Assembly: GCA_964255285.1 (NCBI GenBank)
Contig: CAXUUL010000069.1
Location: forward strand, 1-37,983
Source: Ionaspis alba
Taxonomy: Eukaryota
DNA: 37,983 nt
Direction of reading: 5' to 3'
Below are positions 10,141 to 23,073 of the stretch, one piece after another. The position numbers and the translations under genes were made by a program. The first letter of the stretch is position 1, and every line of letters starts with the position of its first letter. The notes below the pieces were generated by a model, which was not told the origin of the DNA, did not search any database, and saw nothing but the letters and a program-made list of their open reading frames with translations.

Positions 10141-11306
10141 TTAAGAAATATCGAAGTCTCTTATTGGCATCAGCGGACTCAGGATGACAGGCTCCATTTC
10201 GAGCTGAACGAGCTNNNNNNNNNNNNNNNNNNNNNNNNNNNNNNNNNNNNNNNNNNNNNNNNNNNNNNNNNNNNNNNNNNNNNNNNNNNNNNNNNNNNNN
10301 NNNNNNNNNNNNNNGGCTGATCCGTTGGTCCGGTAGGTCCTGGAAAAGGTTGGTCAACCGGAGGCCCAGATGGGCCTCCACCCACAGGACTTAATTGCTC
10401 AGATGGCAACCACGTTGCTGTATCCTCCCAAGCCTGGAAGCTAGCTGCTGGATTCACTGTCTGAAGATCTGCTACCTGCTGATTCAAGACCTGCATCCCA
10501 AGGTCGACAACTGTATCATTGGTAGCGCCAGCCGGTACCGTGACACCCATGTTCGTGAGCGCTTCGCGAAGCTGAGCATTGTCGGTTGTCAGGAGCTCGT
10601 TGTGGAGATCATCTGAAGGGGTCGTGCCTAGGGAGTCTGTACATCATTTTAGTATCGAGTTTACACCATAAAGTCCAGCATCACCTCGATTGAGGAAGGT
10701 CAGACCCACCCAAAGTACTGCCCGGAGCTGCTAACTTCGATCCGAAGCAAAATCCACAGGCAAAGGTACTGCATCCATTGTTGCAAACCAATAAGAACTT
10801 CACACAAGTCTGCTTGACCGGCACGGTAGGCACACAGTTGGGGTTCGGCCCTCCAGTGTTAGCATCGCACTGGCAATACACCTTATGGCCTCTGAAGCAG
10901 AAACCACCGTCGCCTGAAGAGGAGGTAGCGGTCTGATGATAGCCAGGCGCGCAAGGGCCGCCGTTGCACAGTGGCGCGGTGCCGTCCCAGTAGTCCCTGC
11001 AGGTGTTGGCGGGAGGGCCGTCGCATTGGCAGTAGACTTTGTTGCCGGACCAGCATTTTCGGCCGTCGCCCGTCTTCGAGGTTTGTGTTTGATGCCAGCC
11101 GGGTTTGCAGGGGCCACCGCTGCAGAAGGGAGCGGTACCATCCCAGTAGTCGACGCAGGAGGCGGAAACTGAGATTGAAGGTTAGTGGGCTGATTTGGTA
11201 ACTGGGAGAGAAGGCTTCTCTAGGGGTAGGACTTGAAGGGTGGCTCACCCGTTGCAAAGGTTGCGAACGTGACTAGCAATGCTAGTACCTTGATGACGGG
11301 CTTCAT
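10141..11306 (-). CDS. Secreted cysteine-rich protein with two WDGTAP six-Cys repeats, a third Cys module and a Pro/Gly-rich tail; 3' end uncertain (gap)
   Basis: Signal peptide MKPVIKVLALLVTFATFATVSA after splicing intron 11169-11248 (GTGAGC...CTAAC...CAG). A second intron (GTGGGT...CAG) joins DSLGTTPSDDLHNELL. The ORF runs into N-gap 10215-10314; the stop at 10141-10143 is only the most protein-like frame beyond the gap. Confidence 0.8.
10215..10314. other. Assembly gap (100 N); further 100-N gaps at 12362-12461, 28978-29077, 31262-31361
   Basis: Runs of exactly 100 N. Confidence 0.99.
10864..11157 (-). repeat. Two near-tandem 138-nt (46-aa) coding repeats, 11020-11157 and 10864-11001
   Basis: CVDYWDGTAPFCSGGPCKPGWHQTQTSKTGDGRKCWSGNKVYCQCD vs CRDYWDGTAPLCNGGPCAPGYHQTATSSSGDGGFCFRGHKVYCQCD. 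Confidence 0.92.
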
Positions 11307-13454
11307 AACAAAGGCTTTCGAGCTTCTACTCGAAAAAAGGGAATCGATGGCAAGTTGTTCTGGCTGCTGGCTTGTAAGTGTCTTCTATGGATGTGTCTGA
11401 TGGAAGAACCGTTTGAGCTTGTCCAGAATCTACAAGCAGATGGTCCTGCTTTATATGTCTCTGGACCGCGCTGACTTCCGTCTCCATCTCCTACCATGCC
11501 ATCCAACACGAGGGCTGTACGACATTCATCCACCGTCAACCCCTATCTTTCCTCGAAGCTTGCAACTCTATGCAGATAAAGGTCTGCTGGAAAAAATGCT
11601 CCATCCGGTTCGAACAAGCGAGGACATACAGCTTCTGGTCAAGGTCGCAGGCAACAGAGGATGAGAGTGGTCAAAACCCACGAGAAGAAGCGAATCATAC
11701 AAATGTCCATGTTGGCATGTGGTTTCTACGGTTCGTGTCACCTTGACCATAGGCATCGTCTCGATGGATTGTCCAATGGCCATGAGCGAGTAGACGAACG
11801 TCGTAGCCTCCAGGGATCACAAGGGATCAAATCTCTAAAACCAGATGCTGATCTTTTCGGGGTACCTCGATGTAACCTTCGCTCGTGGCAGCTCGGAGTG
11901 ACAGACCACGTGTATAGTCCCCGATCCAGGCAGCACGAAAGCAAATATCGACATATATGAAATTGGTGTAAAGAATATTGTAACCTCGTACCAGCGTTGC
12001 GGCTCGTGCCTTGCCTTAGCGTACACACTGCATGATGCGGCTAAACGCAAGTAGACGCCAAGCTATATCGATGAACGATTGAAGGAATGTTCTAGACCAC
12101 TCATGCAAGTCAGAAACGAGGTTTTAGCCGTTGAGATGCAGTTTGCAAGCCGAAGTGGTGGAGCAAACAGGAACCGTGCATGGATAGACAATCTCACCTC
12201 ACAGCATTCGACCGAAACCAGAATGGTGTTGCTAATCCTCCACGCTTAGACTCCGCCATTTGTGCTTGTAGACCCTGTGGTTGCTCTCTTGATTTCGCAT
12301 CCAGAAAAACTGGTAGTACCATTGTCAAAATGATGCAGACGCGTTCTTCCCTCCTCGTCAANNNNNNNNNNNNNNNNNNNNNNNNNNNNNNNNNNNNNNN
12401 NNNNNNNNNNNNNNNNNNNNNNNNNNNNNNNNNNNNNNNNNNNNNNNNNNNNNNNNNNNNNAAACTGGTAGTACCATTGTCAAAATGATGCAGACGCGTT
12501 CTTCCCTCCTCGTCAAAAATAAATTGAACTTGCTCAGACCATTATCCACGACAATGATTCCATATAATTGTCGCACAACTGGCGCACAAGCAACCAAACG
12601 ACTGACTTTACAGGTCGACCTCGTATCCATTCCACAAGAATACACATTGTTATACCATTTCTCTTGACCTAATGCAGGATCCGTCACGCGAACCACGTGT
12701 CGCTGCAGTCTGACCGCAGGCTCCGCGTTTCTAGAACGTGGTAGTTGTGCGTGTCTTCCTCCATTCGTGAATCTCCACTCCGCAACAGGGAACTCTCGCT
12801 ATGGCGGCCCCACCCTAGCAAGAGACCAGCAAGGTCCTAGAGTTAGTTTCTTGGGATGTAGACGACTAACCGTTGGCGGATACCACACCGTAACAACCAT
12901 TGGTAAGGACATGTCGGAGGTGAGCGCTTCGACGTACCTTCTGGAAGACTTGGGATGGTCATCTTGCGCCATTCCCCGACAGGGAAAGGAGGTGGGACCT
13001 CAGGAAGGTGTGGGGGCAATGAGTGGACCTCGTCGGTGTCTGTGTATCTCGCACTACTAGAGTATATTCGACCTGGCCACGGACTCTGATTCGATACTCG
13101 CTTTTTGTCTGTGGATCCATGAACATTGATGGTACTTCCAGTGACTCTGGTAAAGCAAATTTCGAGCTCATCATGTCATTTTATAGGTTCCAGATTGCGC
13201 ACCACGACCGAGGATGTATGACTAAGAATTCATGTAATAGCAGACTGGTAATTGATTGCGACGTTGATGCTGAAGAACTACGAAAACGATAAATGTGACT
13301 AAGGGCAAAAAGCCGTGGAAATATTCAAGATGTAAGCTTCGAGGAACAGGATTAAGTTAATCAAACCTTAACAAGATGGTATCTCAACTGTAGATATTAA
13401 AGCGCTACCCAGCGAACTAGAAATAGTAAACCCGAGACTCTCATATTAATCGAA

Positions 13455-15909
13455 TCATCCGACCTTCTCCGAAACGACAAGTGCTGGGACTGCACAATCA
13501 TCAGCATCAATCTTCGTGGGCATAATCTACTACAGTGAATATGAAAGACAAATTAAACTTACTGCTAAATCCATACCCCACCGTCCTCCCCTCGCGATCA
13601 TGCTGATCAACCTCTACCCTGATACAAACATCCAATCCTCCCGGCATCTCGCCACCACGTACTCCACTGGCAGCAATATGTTGTGTGCCGGCTCCCATCT
13701 CACCAGCATGAAGCGGTTCATGACCGTCTTTTGGAGGAGGTCTTGATGATGCCGCGCCGTTGGTAGGGCCTGTGCCATTAACCTGAGCACCAGCCGCGCC
13801 GTCTGTTTCCTGAATGATAGCGTAATTGCGACTGGGCATGGTGACATGGTTCGAATTCGCTGTAATGCTGGTGGCACCAGGGTCCTTGTCGAAGAGTTTC
13901 ATGAGAGTCTCATCCGTCTCATGATCTAGATGATGGATTTTGTTTCTCCTCGCCAATAGATTGGCCACGGCTTTCGGGGGCGGTTTGTTAGTAATGGCGC
14001 TACTGATTACGTTCGCCATATACCGATGGTCTCTATCGGCGGGTATGTTTAACTTAGGTTTGGAGTAGAAGCGGCCGAGAGCGGCGAGATGCACATCTCC
14101 GCCCAAAATCGTAACACGCACACTGTGAGCTTTTGCGACTTTTTGAAGGCGATGGATCAGTTCTTTGCGCTCCTTCTTGTGCTGACGAGCGGTGTAGTGG
14201 TCATCTAGATCGTCTAGAAGATCAACCTGGCCATCGAAGGAGTTGAAGAAGCCACCAGCGAGACCGAAACGTTTGTTGAGGAGGCGGATAGGGGCAATTA
14301 GGGGCGAGGTGAAGAGGTTTTCGAGCCACGCGAGACGGGGATAGGCGATGGGAACACCGAGGAGGACGATGAGGTGCTTGATTGTGCCGGATGAGGTGGA
14401 TAGCTCCCTGTTTACCCTGTCAAAGATCACTTCGTAAGTGTCTTCGTAGTTGACTTGATGTCTTGTTCGTTCGGTTCGTGCGTCTATACCCATGAAGGCA
14501 ACGCGGGCGCCGAGTTGCATGTAGAGACTCCGGCTGCGTTCTTCGACGTAGGGACCCGGTCGTTTGCCGATAATAAATTGTCGATCGGGTTTTTCGGATA
14601 GGACGAACGTGTCTTTGAGTTGGACGGGATCAGCGCCCGGCAATTCATTTCCCTCGTGTCTTGTTGTCTGAGGAGCATCGGTCGTATAGGTGGATTTTGG
14701 AGGTGGTATGTGATGTTGAAAAAGGCCTGGATGAGTCAACAAAAGGAAACATTTATGGATCGGGGTTTATCCATACAGTAATATTTGAAGGATACTCCAC
14801 CGATGCCTCTGAATACAGGGGATTGCATGAAATGGTCGGTATAGGAGCCAAAACCATCAATTATATCTGTGGTAAATGGTTAGCAAGACAAGTTAGACGA
14901 GCTTCCCGAACGTCTCACCATGGTCATCCCAGATATTGACCTGAGGTATTTGTCCATTCGCACTGGCAAAGGATTCCGTCGAGAACCATGTTACATATCG
15001 ATTGAAGTAATAGTCATCACAGTCCTTTCTCAACTGTTCACCAAAGGGATAATCTCTCCGCTTGATAGGATTCCCAATACTTGTCCACGCCTTCAACGGC
15101 CCGTCAACCCTGATACTATCCATGTAGATCTGATCACCACCTCCAATCATGACATGAAATGGCTTCTGCTCATGCATCCTCATTACATCCCCCCATAGTG
15201 CGGGACCGGAGAAGGCATCTTCGTCTGTGCCTACCGAGAAGCCGTTGCAGGAGTGGAACATGATCCGCATTGATTGGGAAGCTGCTGGAACGACAAAGCC
15301 TCGAGTTGAACGCGTTCGGGAGCTTGCACCAGACAGAAACCGCATGTTTGGGACGGTATATTCCCATTGTGACTCGTGCTCTCCCAAAGGTACCCCGAAC
15401 TTGAAGCGCCAAAATGTCTTGGCTGGGTCTGAGTATAATCTTTCACCTTGGAAGACCTGAGTCTGATTCCCTGTCATGCCTGAAGTTCCTCTACCATTCA
15501 AGGCGCCAACATGGTTCAGTCGCAGCTCTGGCTGGTACTGTCCAGGCTTTGCGACAACCAAGATGCTCCCATACCAGGTTGGTCTGCCAGTCTCGATACC
15601 ATCCATGCCTTTGTAGTTCAACAACGGTCCACAAAGGACTTCTAGTCCCAGCGGATTTCCAGCGATATTAGGGCCATCGCCATAACCTTGAGCTGTTTGC
15701 GTGACATGTCCAGCGCCACCTTCAAGTCGTCTTGTATCCATTCCATCGTTTACATCTGGGGATCGACCAGTAACTTTGTCCGCTGCACGGTCCGCCGCGC
15801 GCACCACCATGTTGTCGTGGAACTTGAAGGCGCCGTCCATGGCATGATCGCCTTGAAGTTCGGATGTGCTTTCCTGGTGGTGCCATCGTTCTCTGGAGGA
15901 CTCGTTCAT
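13455..15909 (-). CDS. PhoD-like phosphatase domain protein (4 exons)
   Basis: MFHSCNGFS, HVMIGGGDQIY, NIWDDHDIIDGFGSY, DLLDDLDDH, ILGGDVHLAA metallophosphatase motifs; GT-AG introns; last exon IPALVVSEKVG*. Confidence 0.88.
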
Positions 15910-16600
15910 AGCTTAGCAAGTTGTAAGAATGGGTTGCAAATAACAAGGATGGATCCTGAATAGAGAGGTATCAAAGAATCACATCAATTGTCGCAGTCGA
16001 TACGGTGCGACACAGTGCGACGCAGATAATGTCGTCAACCAACAGAGTTTGCACGTAGACATGATGGGGAGTCTTGGAAGTCAACATTGTCGATGACAAG
16101 TGCACCGCCTCAACAAGGGAGGTCAGGAGATGATCCGCACGCTGTGAGAGGTTCATCTGACCAGCCAAGAAATACCAAGCCCGCCTCTGTGGTTGCAGTG
16201 GACGTTTCGTCACATGGTTTCTTGCGAGGACGCCACACTTATAGATTACGAGTTTGTCGATCACTTCGGAGCGATCGGAAAATGGGGGATTTCAGCCACA
16301 TATGGGTTCCATTTGCCGGGAGTTGACCAGGTTATTGGCTTCACTAGTTGTAATTTTGAGCAATCTCTTCACGCGGTGCAGATAGCCAAGAAAGAAGGCG
16401 TGCTTATGATTAGGACACCAGCAATCTGCAAAAGCGGTTGAGTACTTCAATCAACAGAGGACTGTCAGAGGTACACTATCTGATAGATACATAAATCGCA
16501 GAGTAGCATTCTCATCTACTCCGAGAAGTACCATCAAGACATGACCTGGAACGGTCAAGTGGGTCAACAGACTTCTATGACGATCGAGAAGCCATCTCCA

Positions 16601-18189
16601 TCACTCCTCGTCCTCATCATCGTCCACAACATGGCGGCGTTTGGTCCTTCCTGCTCCTGCAGCATCCTCTCCAGCACCCGAATTCTTCTCCTTCGACTTC
16701 TTAGACTTGGACGCGCGACCACCATCATCGTCATCCAATTCTTCTTCTTCTTCCTCATCATCGTCAGCCACCAGCTCCGGTTCTTCATCGCTCCCCACCA
16801 AAAATCCATCATCCTCATCATACTCATCTTCACGAGTGCGGCCGCGGTTTCTGTAATCCTCCTCATCATCGCTGTACTCACTGTTCCTCCTTCGCGGCTT
16901 CCTGGCGGGCTTGGCTCTGGGTCTCGAAGAAGTCATGCCATCGTCGTCTTCCAGACCTCCAACAGTGAGACCGCCTATGCCTCCAGTACGTAGACCAGAA
17001 CGACCGAGAACACGATTTGCGCGGTCTCGTTCTCGCTCCTCTTGGTTCTGGCGACGACGCTGAGCTCGAACTTTCTCACGCTCCGCCAGCTCCGCCTTCT
17101 TCTTTGCCAATTCTGGATCCTCGGAGATGCTTATGATTGGAACGCTGCCATCAGCTGCGGTCTTGTTGCCCTTCACTGCGGCAGCCATTGATTCCTGGAG
17201 ACGAATGAGTGCATCGTCCTCCTGTTCGCCAGAAGCCTGTACATTCAGAGATGCTGTCACATGGTTCGTAATCTGAAGGAATCCCGTAGATTGGTGGGCC
17301 GATGCCAAGTAGGTGTGCGAATCCATCCGAGCATCATAGACGGTGGACTGGCTCTCACCCTTACCCCGATTCATCGCAGTCGGTGTCGGCTTCAGAGGGT
17401 TTCGCTGGGGAGGGGCTAGTGGCTTTGCAGGCAATTCATATTGCTCCATAGGATTTGTAGCCATTTGCATGGTGAGCGATCCATCGGTCCAGCGGATGAT
17501 GCGTGAATTCGACTGCAGTCTCCTTCGTTTACTCGGCGAATGTCTCCAGCGAATGGTAGTTTTTGACGTCTGCGAAGGCGAGAAGAATGTAGTCGGTGCC
17601 GATTTGCTGTGGTGATGGGTGACTGGGGCTTTCCAGTTTTCGGGCACAAACATCCTCTTCGAAATGCCAATTGTCTGAGGATTCTTGAGAATATAGAGCT
17701 GTGGACGGAGAGGGAGATGTTATTGGCTTGAATAAGTGAGCTATGGACTTCCAGACCTACTTCTTTATCACTACCTCGTGGTGTTGCGTGAGGACAGAGA
17801 CTCATGTCACTGATGGTCACTTGCTGCTGCTCCTGTTCTTCGTCGTCCATACCCTCCATGTCATCTTCGACACGATCTTTTCGACCTTCGTCATCGCCAG
17901 AATCAAGTTCCTTGTCATCCAATTGACGCTGTCTACCATTCACCGGTCTATCGCTGTTAGTTGCGTACATGAAGTGCGGAAGGACAAACAAATGAACGTG
18001 CCGTGAATCTTCGTCATCTGAGCCTGATCCAAAAAGGCCAGCATCATCTTCGTCTTCCATACTGTGTATATCACCATTGACTTGACTAAGGTTGTCTTCA
18101 CTTGAGCCATCTTTCATCTCGGTAGTATCCATGATCTCGTCCGCGGTTGGGTTGGTGTGCATGTGAGCGTCTTCAAGCGAAGCTGCCAT
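16601..18189 (-). CDS. LEO1: Paf1 complex subunit Leo1
   Basis: Acidic N-terminus with LFGSGSDDE and ELDSGDDEGR; Leo1 core TTIRWR...SNSRIIRWTDGSLTMQ; DEYDEDDGFLVGSDEE tail. Confidence 0.92.
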
Positions 18190-18577
18190 GGCAGGAATGT
18201 TCCGGATATTATGTATGGGCAAGATTTGGCGGAGCTAAAGAGTAGTCAGGTTGATCAGCTTCGAGAGTTATTGTTGAAGCATATATGAATAACGTACAGA
18301 TTTAGTGGTAAGCTAATTCTCAAGGGGCTGGCTCGCCTAACGCGTCCAGGCGGCTATGGCGGCAAAGGTCGTACCTGACAGGCGACGCACTAAGATCGAC
18401 AACGCTAAAATAGAGGGCTCGACCATTGAAGCGAACTTGGAGAGCTTCAAACTGTCAACTCTTCTGGTTTGATTTGAACTCCTGTTCCTACGACAGGGAA
18501 TACATGTTGAATTGGGAAATCACCGGAGTGTCTGCGACGCAAGTGATCATCTAGCATCGGTTTCACATACCGTGAAT

Positions 18578-20174
18578 ATGACGCCCTTCTTCAATAGCGT
18601 GTAAGGAAATACTCCCTTTATGTACTTGCTTTCGCGCAAATTGAATTTCACTCCTCAGTATGGCATATGACTGTATTTGCCGCATTGTTTTGATTGCTGT
18701 TGTTTTCTCTTTGGACGTTACTCATGTGTGCTGTTTCATTGAACCCCTCGTCCTCCTGTTCGTCTCTCCACAGAAATCCATCTATATTACCTTTTCCTAA
18801 CGGTTTGAAAATCACGGAACAATGGAAGAGAGTAAATTCGAATGGTCTTCCGATGAAGAAGACTACACTGAAGACCACTATCCTGCTGGATGGTTATTTC
18901 CTGACACCACTTCCAAGCGTTATGCTGTGTATCTCTCACATTTCGATGAGTACAAAGATGTTCTTGGTCCTGACGGCCTTGCATACGAGTTCCCTGACTG
19001 GTTCCTTGATTCGGTGGGAGCGATGTACTAATGCTTACTCTACTTGATACTGCAAAGATGCTCAGAGTGCTGACCGACGGCTTTATAGGCGTCAAGGTTT
19101 CAATCGTCAAAAATCCAACGGCTCACCAGCATCGTCTCCAACAACAGTAGTCCCACCAGCTGCCTCAGCGACCTCGACCGGCCCTCCAATGTATTCCAGA
19201 TCCCCAGCGTCTTCATCAGCGCTTTCTTCGGCCAATCCCGATAATCCTACTCCCGAGTTCACAGAGCCGGAACAAGTCAAATTTTTCTTCAGGGAGAAAT
19301 ACGCAAAACTCGGAGTTCGTGGGAACTTCCTACCTTTAGCAATTCAGCCAAAGCACGTAGATCTTGGGGAATGGTTGGCGCACCAGGGTAAGACGACGGA
19401 AGCTCCGAAAGTGTAGATCATTACTAAAACCTTTCTCTTAGTGCATGAGCAATGGCGGGTTCTAGAGAAAATACTCGAGTGTATCCAGGAACCTGACACT
19501 AATACAAAGATGCCACTTTGTAACCCGAAGACATGCCCTGTCATGACAGGTGGACGGTGAGCCCCTCGAATATGGAATACGAGTACCGCAATCTCACGCG
19601 TAGCAGTACCCACGTCTATACATGGTTGAACAGCAACAAAGAGCCAGTGAGAGTTACAGCACCTCACTATATCAGTATGGTCCAGAAATGGATTCGAGGC
19701 AAAATCTCAGACGAGCGAATCTTCCCCATCATCATCCAACCCGATTCTGTAGCCCTGCGTAACGCGGGTCTCAATTCTCCGGCCGCAGCCAATACGCCTA
19801 CAGGCTCCTCCACTCCGAACACGTCTTCCACCCCTGGCACTCGCGACTGGGTAGGCAAAGCCACTGGCTTCCAAGAGAACTTCCTCAGTGACGTCAAGAC
19901 CATTTTCAGGCAGATGCACCGCATCTACGCCCATGTCTACCACTCCCACTGGGTCGATCCTTTCTGGCATTCCATCAACTCTGAGGCTTTGACCAGTGGG
20001 TGGACGGACTTGAACGCGTGTTTCTGCCATTTCATCACCGTCGCGCGCTTGTTCGGTTTGCTCTCAGAACGTGATATGGAGCCTATGAAGCCGCTGACCG
20101 ATATTTGGGTGGCAAATGGTTCTATTCCTCCTGATGCTGCTGCTGGCGCTTGTACCATTGTACCTCCTCAGTAG
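18578..20174 (+). CDS. MOB2: MOB kinase activator, Mob2/MobB-like
   Basis: FFFREKYAKLGVRGNFLPLAIQPKHVDLGEWLAHQ, CNPKTCPVM, YTWLN, APHYISMVQKWI, IFRQMHRIYAHVYHSH. Exon 1 MTPFFNSV is spliced over long intron 18601-19088. Confidence 0.88.
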
Positions 20175-20500
20175 ACAAAGTTCACCGCTCAGTCATTCGG
20201 AGTAAGTGGATTTCATTATCACCGGGAATTGATAGATGCACTTATTTCAAACTTTTCGAGGGAAGGGCATGACATAGGGTGAAGGGTCTGGCAAATAGAT
20301 CACACGGAGTCTATCGGAACGAGAGTACAATCTGAATAGGGAACATCAGACGTAGGATGCCCGCGTCAAAGTTGATCTACCTCAGCCTGAGAGGTCACTT
20401 CCAAATGCAGATAAAGATCAGATCGTATGCACGCCGCGCACCATCGTGCAAGGTGAATTTTCTCGATACAAACAGAGCTTTCTATTGACAGCCTACCCTC

Positions 20501-21491
<991 letters not shown>

Positions 21492-21597
21492 GATACCGTT
21501 TTAGAATGGAGATGAGGTGCACTAAGTTTCGTGAGGCGAGGATACAAAAACGATGCTGGGCTGAATTCGAATCGAAGGAGCTTAGGACTTGATACTA

Positions 21598-22069
21598 CAA
21601 TCCGCGTAGGGAGAGTCAAGAGTCAGAGTCAAAACTAATCCAAAAGTGGTAACTTACTGGAGCTTACATACAAGCGTGAGAGGATTGGCCAAATATAGAA
21701 ATTATTGGTCATCCAAAAACAAGGGTCAGCCGAAAACGCGAAAAAAGGAGGAGGAAAAGGCGAAGCGAGAGACGAAACAGGCGAGATTCGGCGACGCGAA
21801 CTGCGAGATGGAACGTAGACAACAGCGAGGATAGGGTAGGTTCTTTTAAAAGAGATATCACAGCCTCAATTAGAGGTTTTTCATGTAGGCTAGATAAGTA
21901 GTTAATACAGTTATTTGAAAAGAAAAGGTTTACTTTTGTTGTTTGCCGATAAAACTTCCAAACTTCCGAAACGTCGACGAAATATATATAAATCGTGAAA
22001 TGATTGAAGTATTATATTCTATTTGGGACTAGTTTTGACTCTGACTCTTGACTCTCCCTACGCGGATTG
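21598..22069. mobile_element. Non-autonomous TIR DNA transposon (MITE), 472 bp; 8-bp TSD compatible with hAT or P-like superfamilies
   Basis: TIRs 21598-21645 and 22022-22069 (CAATCCGCGTAGGGAGAGTCAAGAGTCAGAGTCAAAACTA; first 40 bp perfect, 46/48 overall). Exact flanking direct repeat TGATACTA at 21590-21597 and 22070-22077. Partly AT-rich interior with no transposase. Confidence 0.93.
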
Positions 22070-22175
22070 TGATACTATCATAGGGCTGGAGAAAACATCC
22101 CACCTTCTCCCACTTCATTTGACCTTGGATCCACGCTCAAGAAGGTCACAAAGGCTTTGCCGCATCTTTACTACA

Positions 22176-22852
22176 ATGCCAGACCATGGTTCTGGCATTG
22201 TACAGACTGACTTCCAATTTCCCAAACGCTATACCTCCTTTCCGCCTTTCTTCACACTCCAACCTACGCTTTCAACCCGCCATGCCCAATTCCAGCACTG
22301 GTCCGCCCTGATACTCTCGTACTGCCGGCATTACCATCTTTATCGCCTTACCTTAGTCGATGCCCTCAATACGCCTCTCTTCCATAACACAAAATTGAGG
22401 AAGCGACTTACGATGCAAGAGGCGCGAGAGGTACTGGAATGGATGGCTAGTGAGGAGGGAGGGAAACGGGTGGAGTGGATTGGAAGAGAGGGGGAGCGGG
22501 GGAGTTGCTGGATCTATTGGAGAAGGCCGGAGGAATGGGCGGAGCTATTAGCTTCTTGGGTCATAACTGCTGGCGATGTTCATGGGAAGGCAGAGACTGA
22601 TACGGAATTTAGGTCGAAGAGACGGGGCAAAAGAACACGGTATTGACACTTTGGGAGCTGACAGAGGGGGAGGGAACGACAAATCAGGGTATGCTCTTAG
22701 AAGAGGTGCAGGAATGGCGTGAAGCTGATAGAGATGTAGAGTTTCACGGATTGGACCCGGAGGTACTGCAGAAGACGCTCAATGTGTTAGTCAAACGAGG
22801 CAAGGCTCAGGTATTTGGTCAAGAGGATCAGCAGGGAGTCAAATTCTTTTGA
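22176..22852 (+). CDS. VPS25: ESCRT-II subunit Vps25 (3 exons)
   Basis: FQFPKRYTSFPPFFTLQP, WSALILSYCRH, WIYWRRPEEWA, VLTLWELTEGE, EFHGLDPEVLQKTL, GVKFF C-terminus. Confidence 0.96.
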
Positions 22853-23073
22853 ATCACGGTTCCCAATCTGTTCACCGCATAAAAGAGGTCTAGCGCGTCA
22901 GCAATTCTAATCTATATACCAATCCACCTAGGAAGGCCAATCCAGGAATTCGATCTCGGTGTCTAAGCAAGATGTACAACAACGGACCGGAGCCAAACAG
23001 CGCCACAAGTAACCACGCCAAGCAAGACAGCCGCCTTCAATGCAATGCAACCAGACTCCATCGCTTTAGCTGT

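Noticed and set aside
10800..11257. Listed ORFs 10800-11141 and 10883-11257 as genes
   Set aside because: Wrong frames overlapping the Cys-rich repeat exon, which is read in the third minus-strand frame after splicing.
12307..12516. Perfect 55-bp direct repeat (12307-12361 and 12462-12516)
   Set aside because: Directly flanks a 100-N gap and equals a common assembler k-mer length; most likely an unmerged contig overlap.
16541..16993. Hydrophobic 150-aa plus-strand ORF and similar antisense ORFs (e.g. 9629-10072, 21003-21515, 33309-33674)
   Set aside because: Antisense shadows of acidic or low-complexity coding regions.
21646..21834. 62-aa basic ORF inside the MITE as a transposase remnant
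   Set aside because: Non-ATG start, purine-rich low complexity, no DDE or BED motifs.
22023..22175. N-terminal extension of Vps25 suggested by the ORF track
   Set aside because: Begins at a non-ATG codon inside the MITE TIR; the ATG at 22176 fits the family start.
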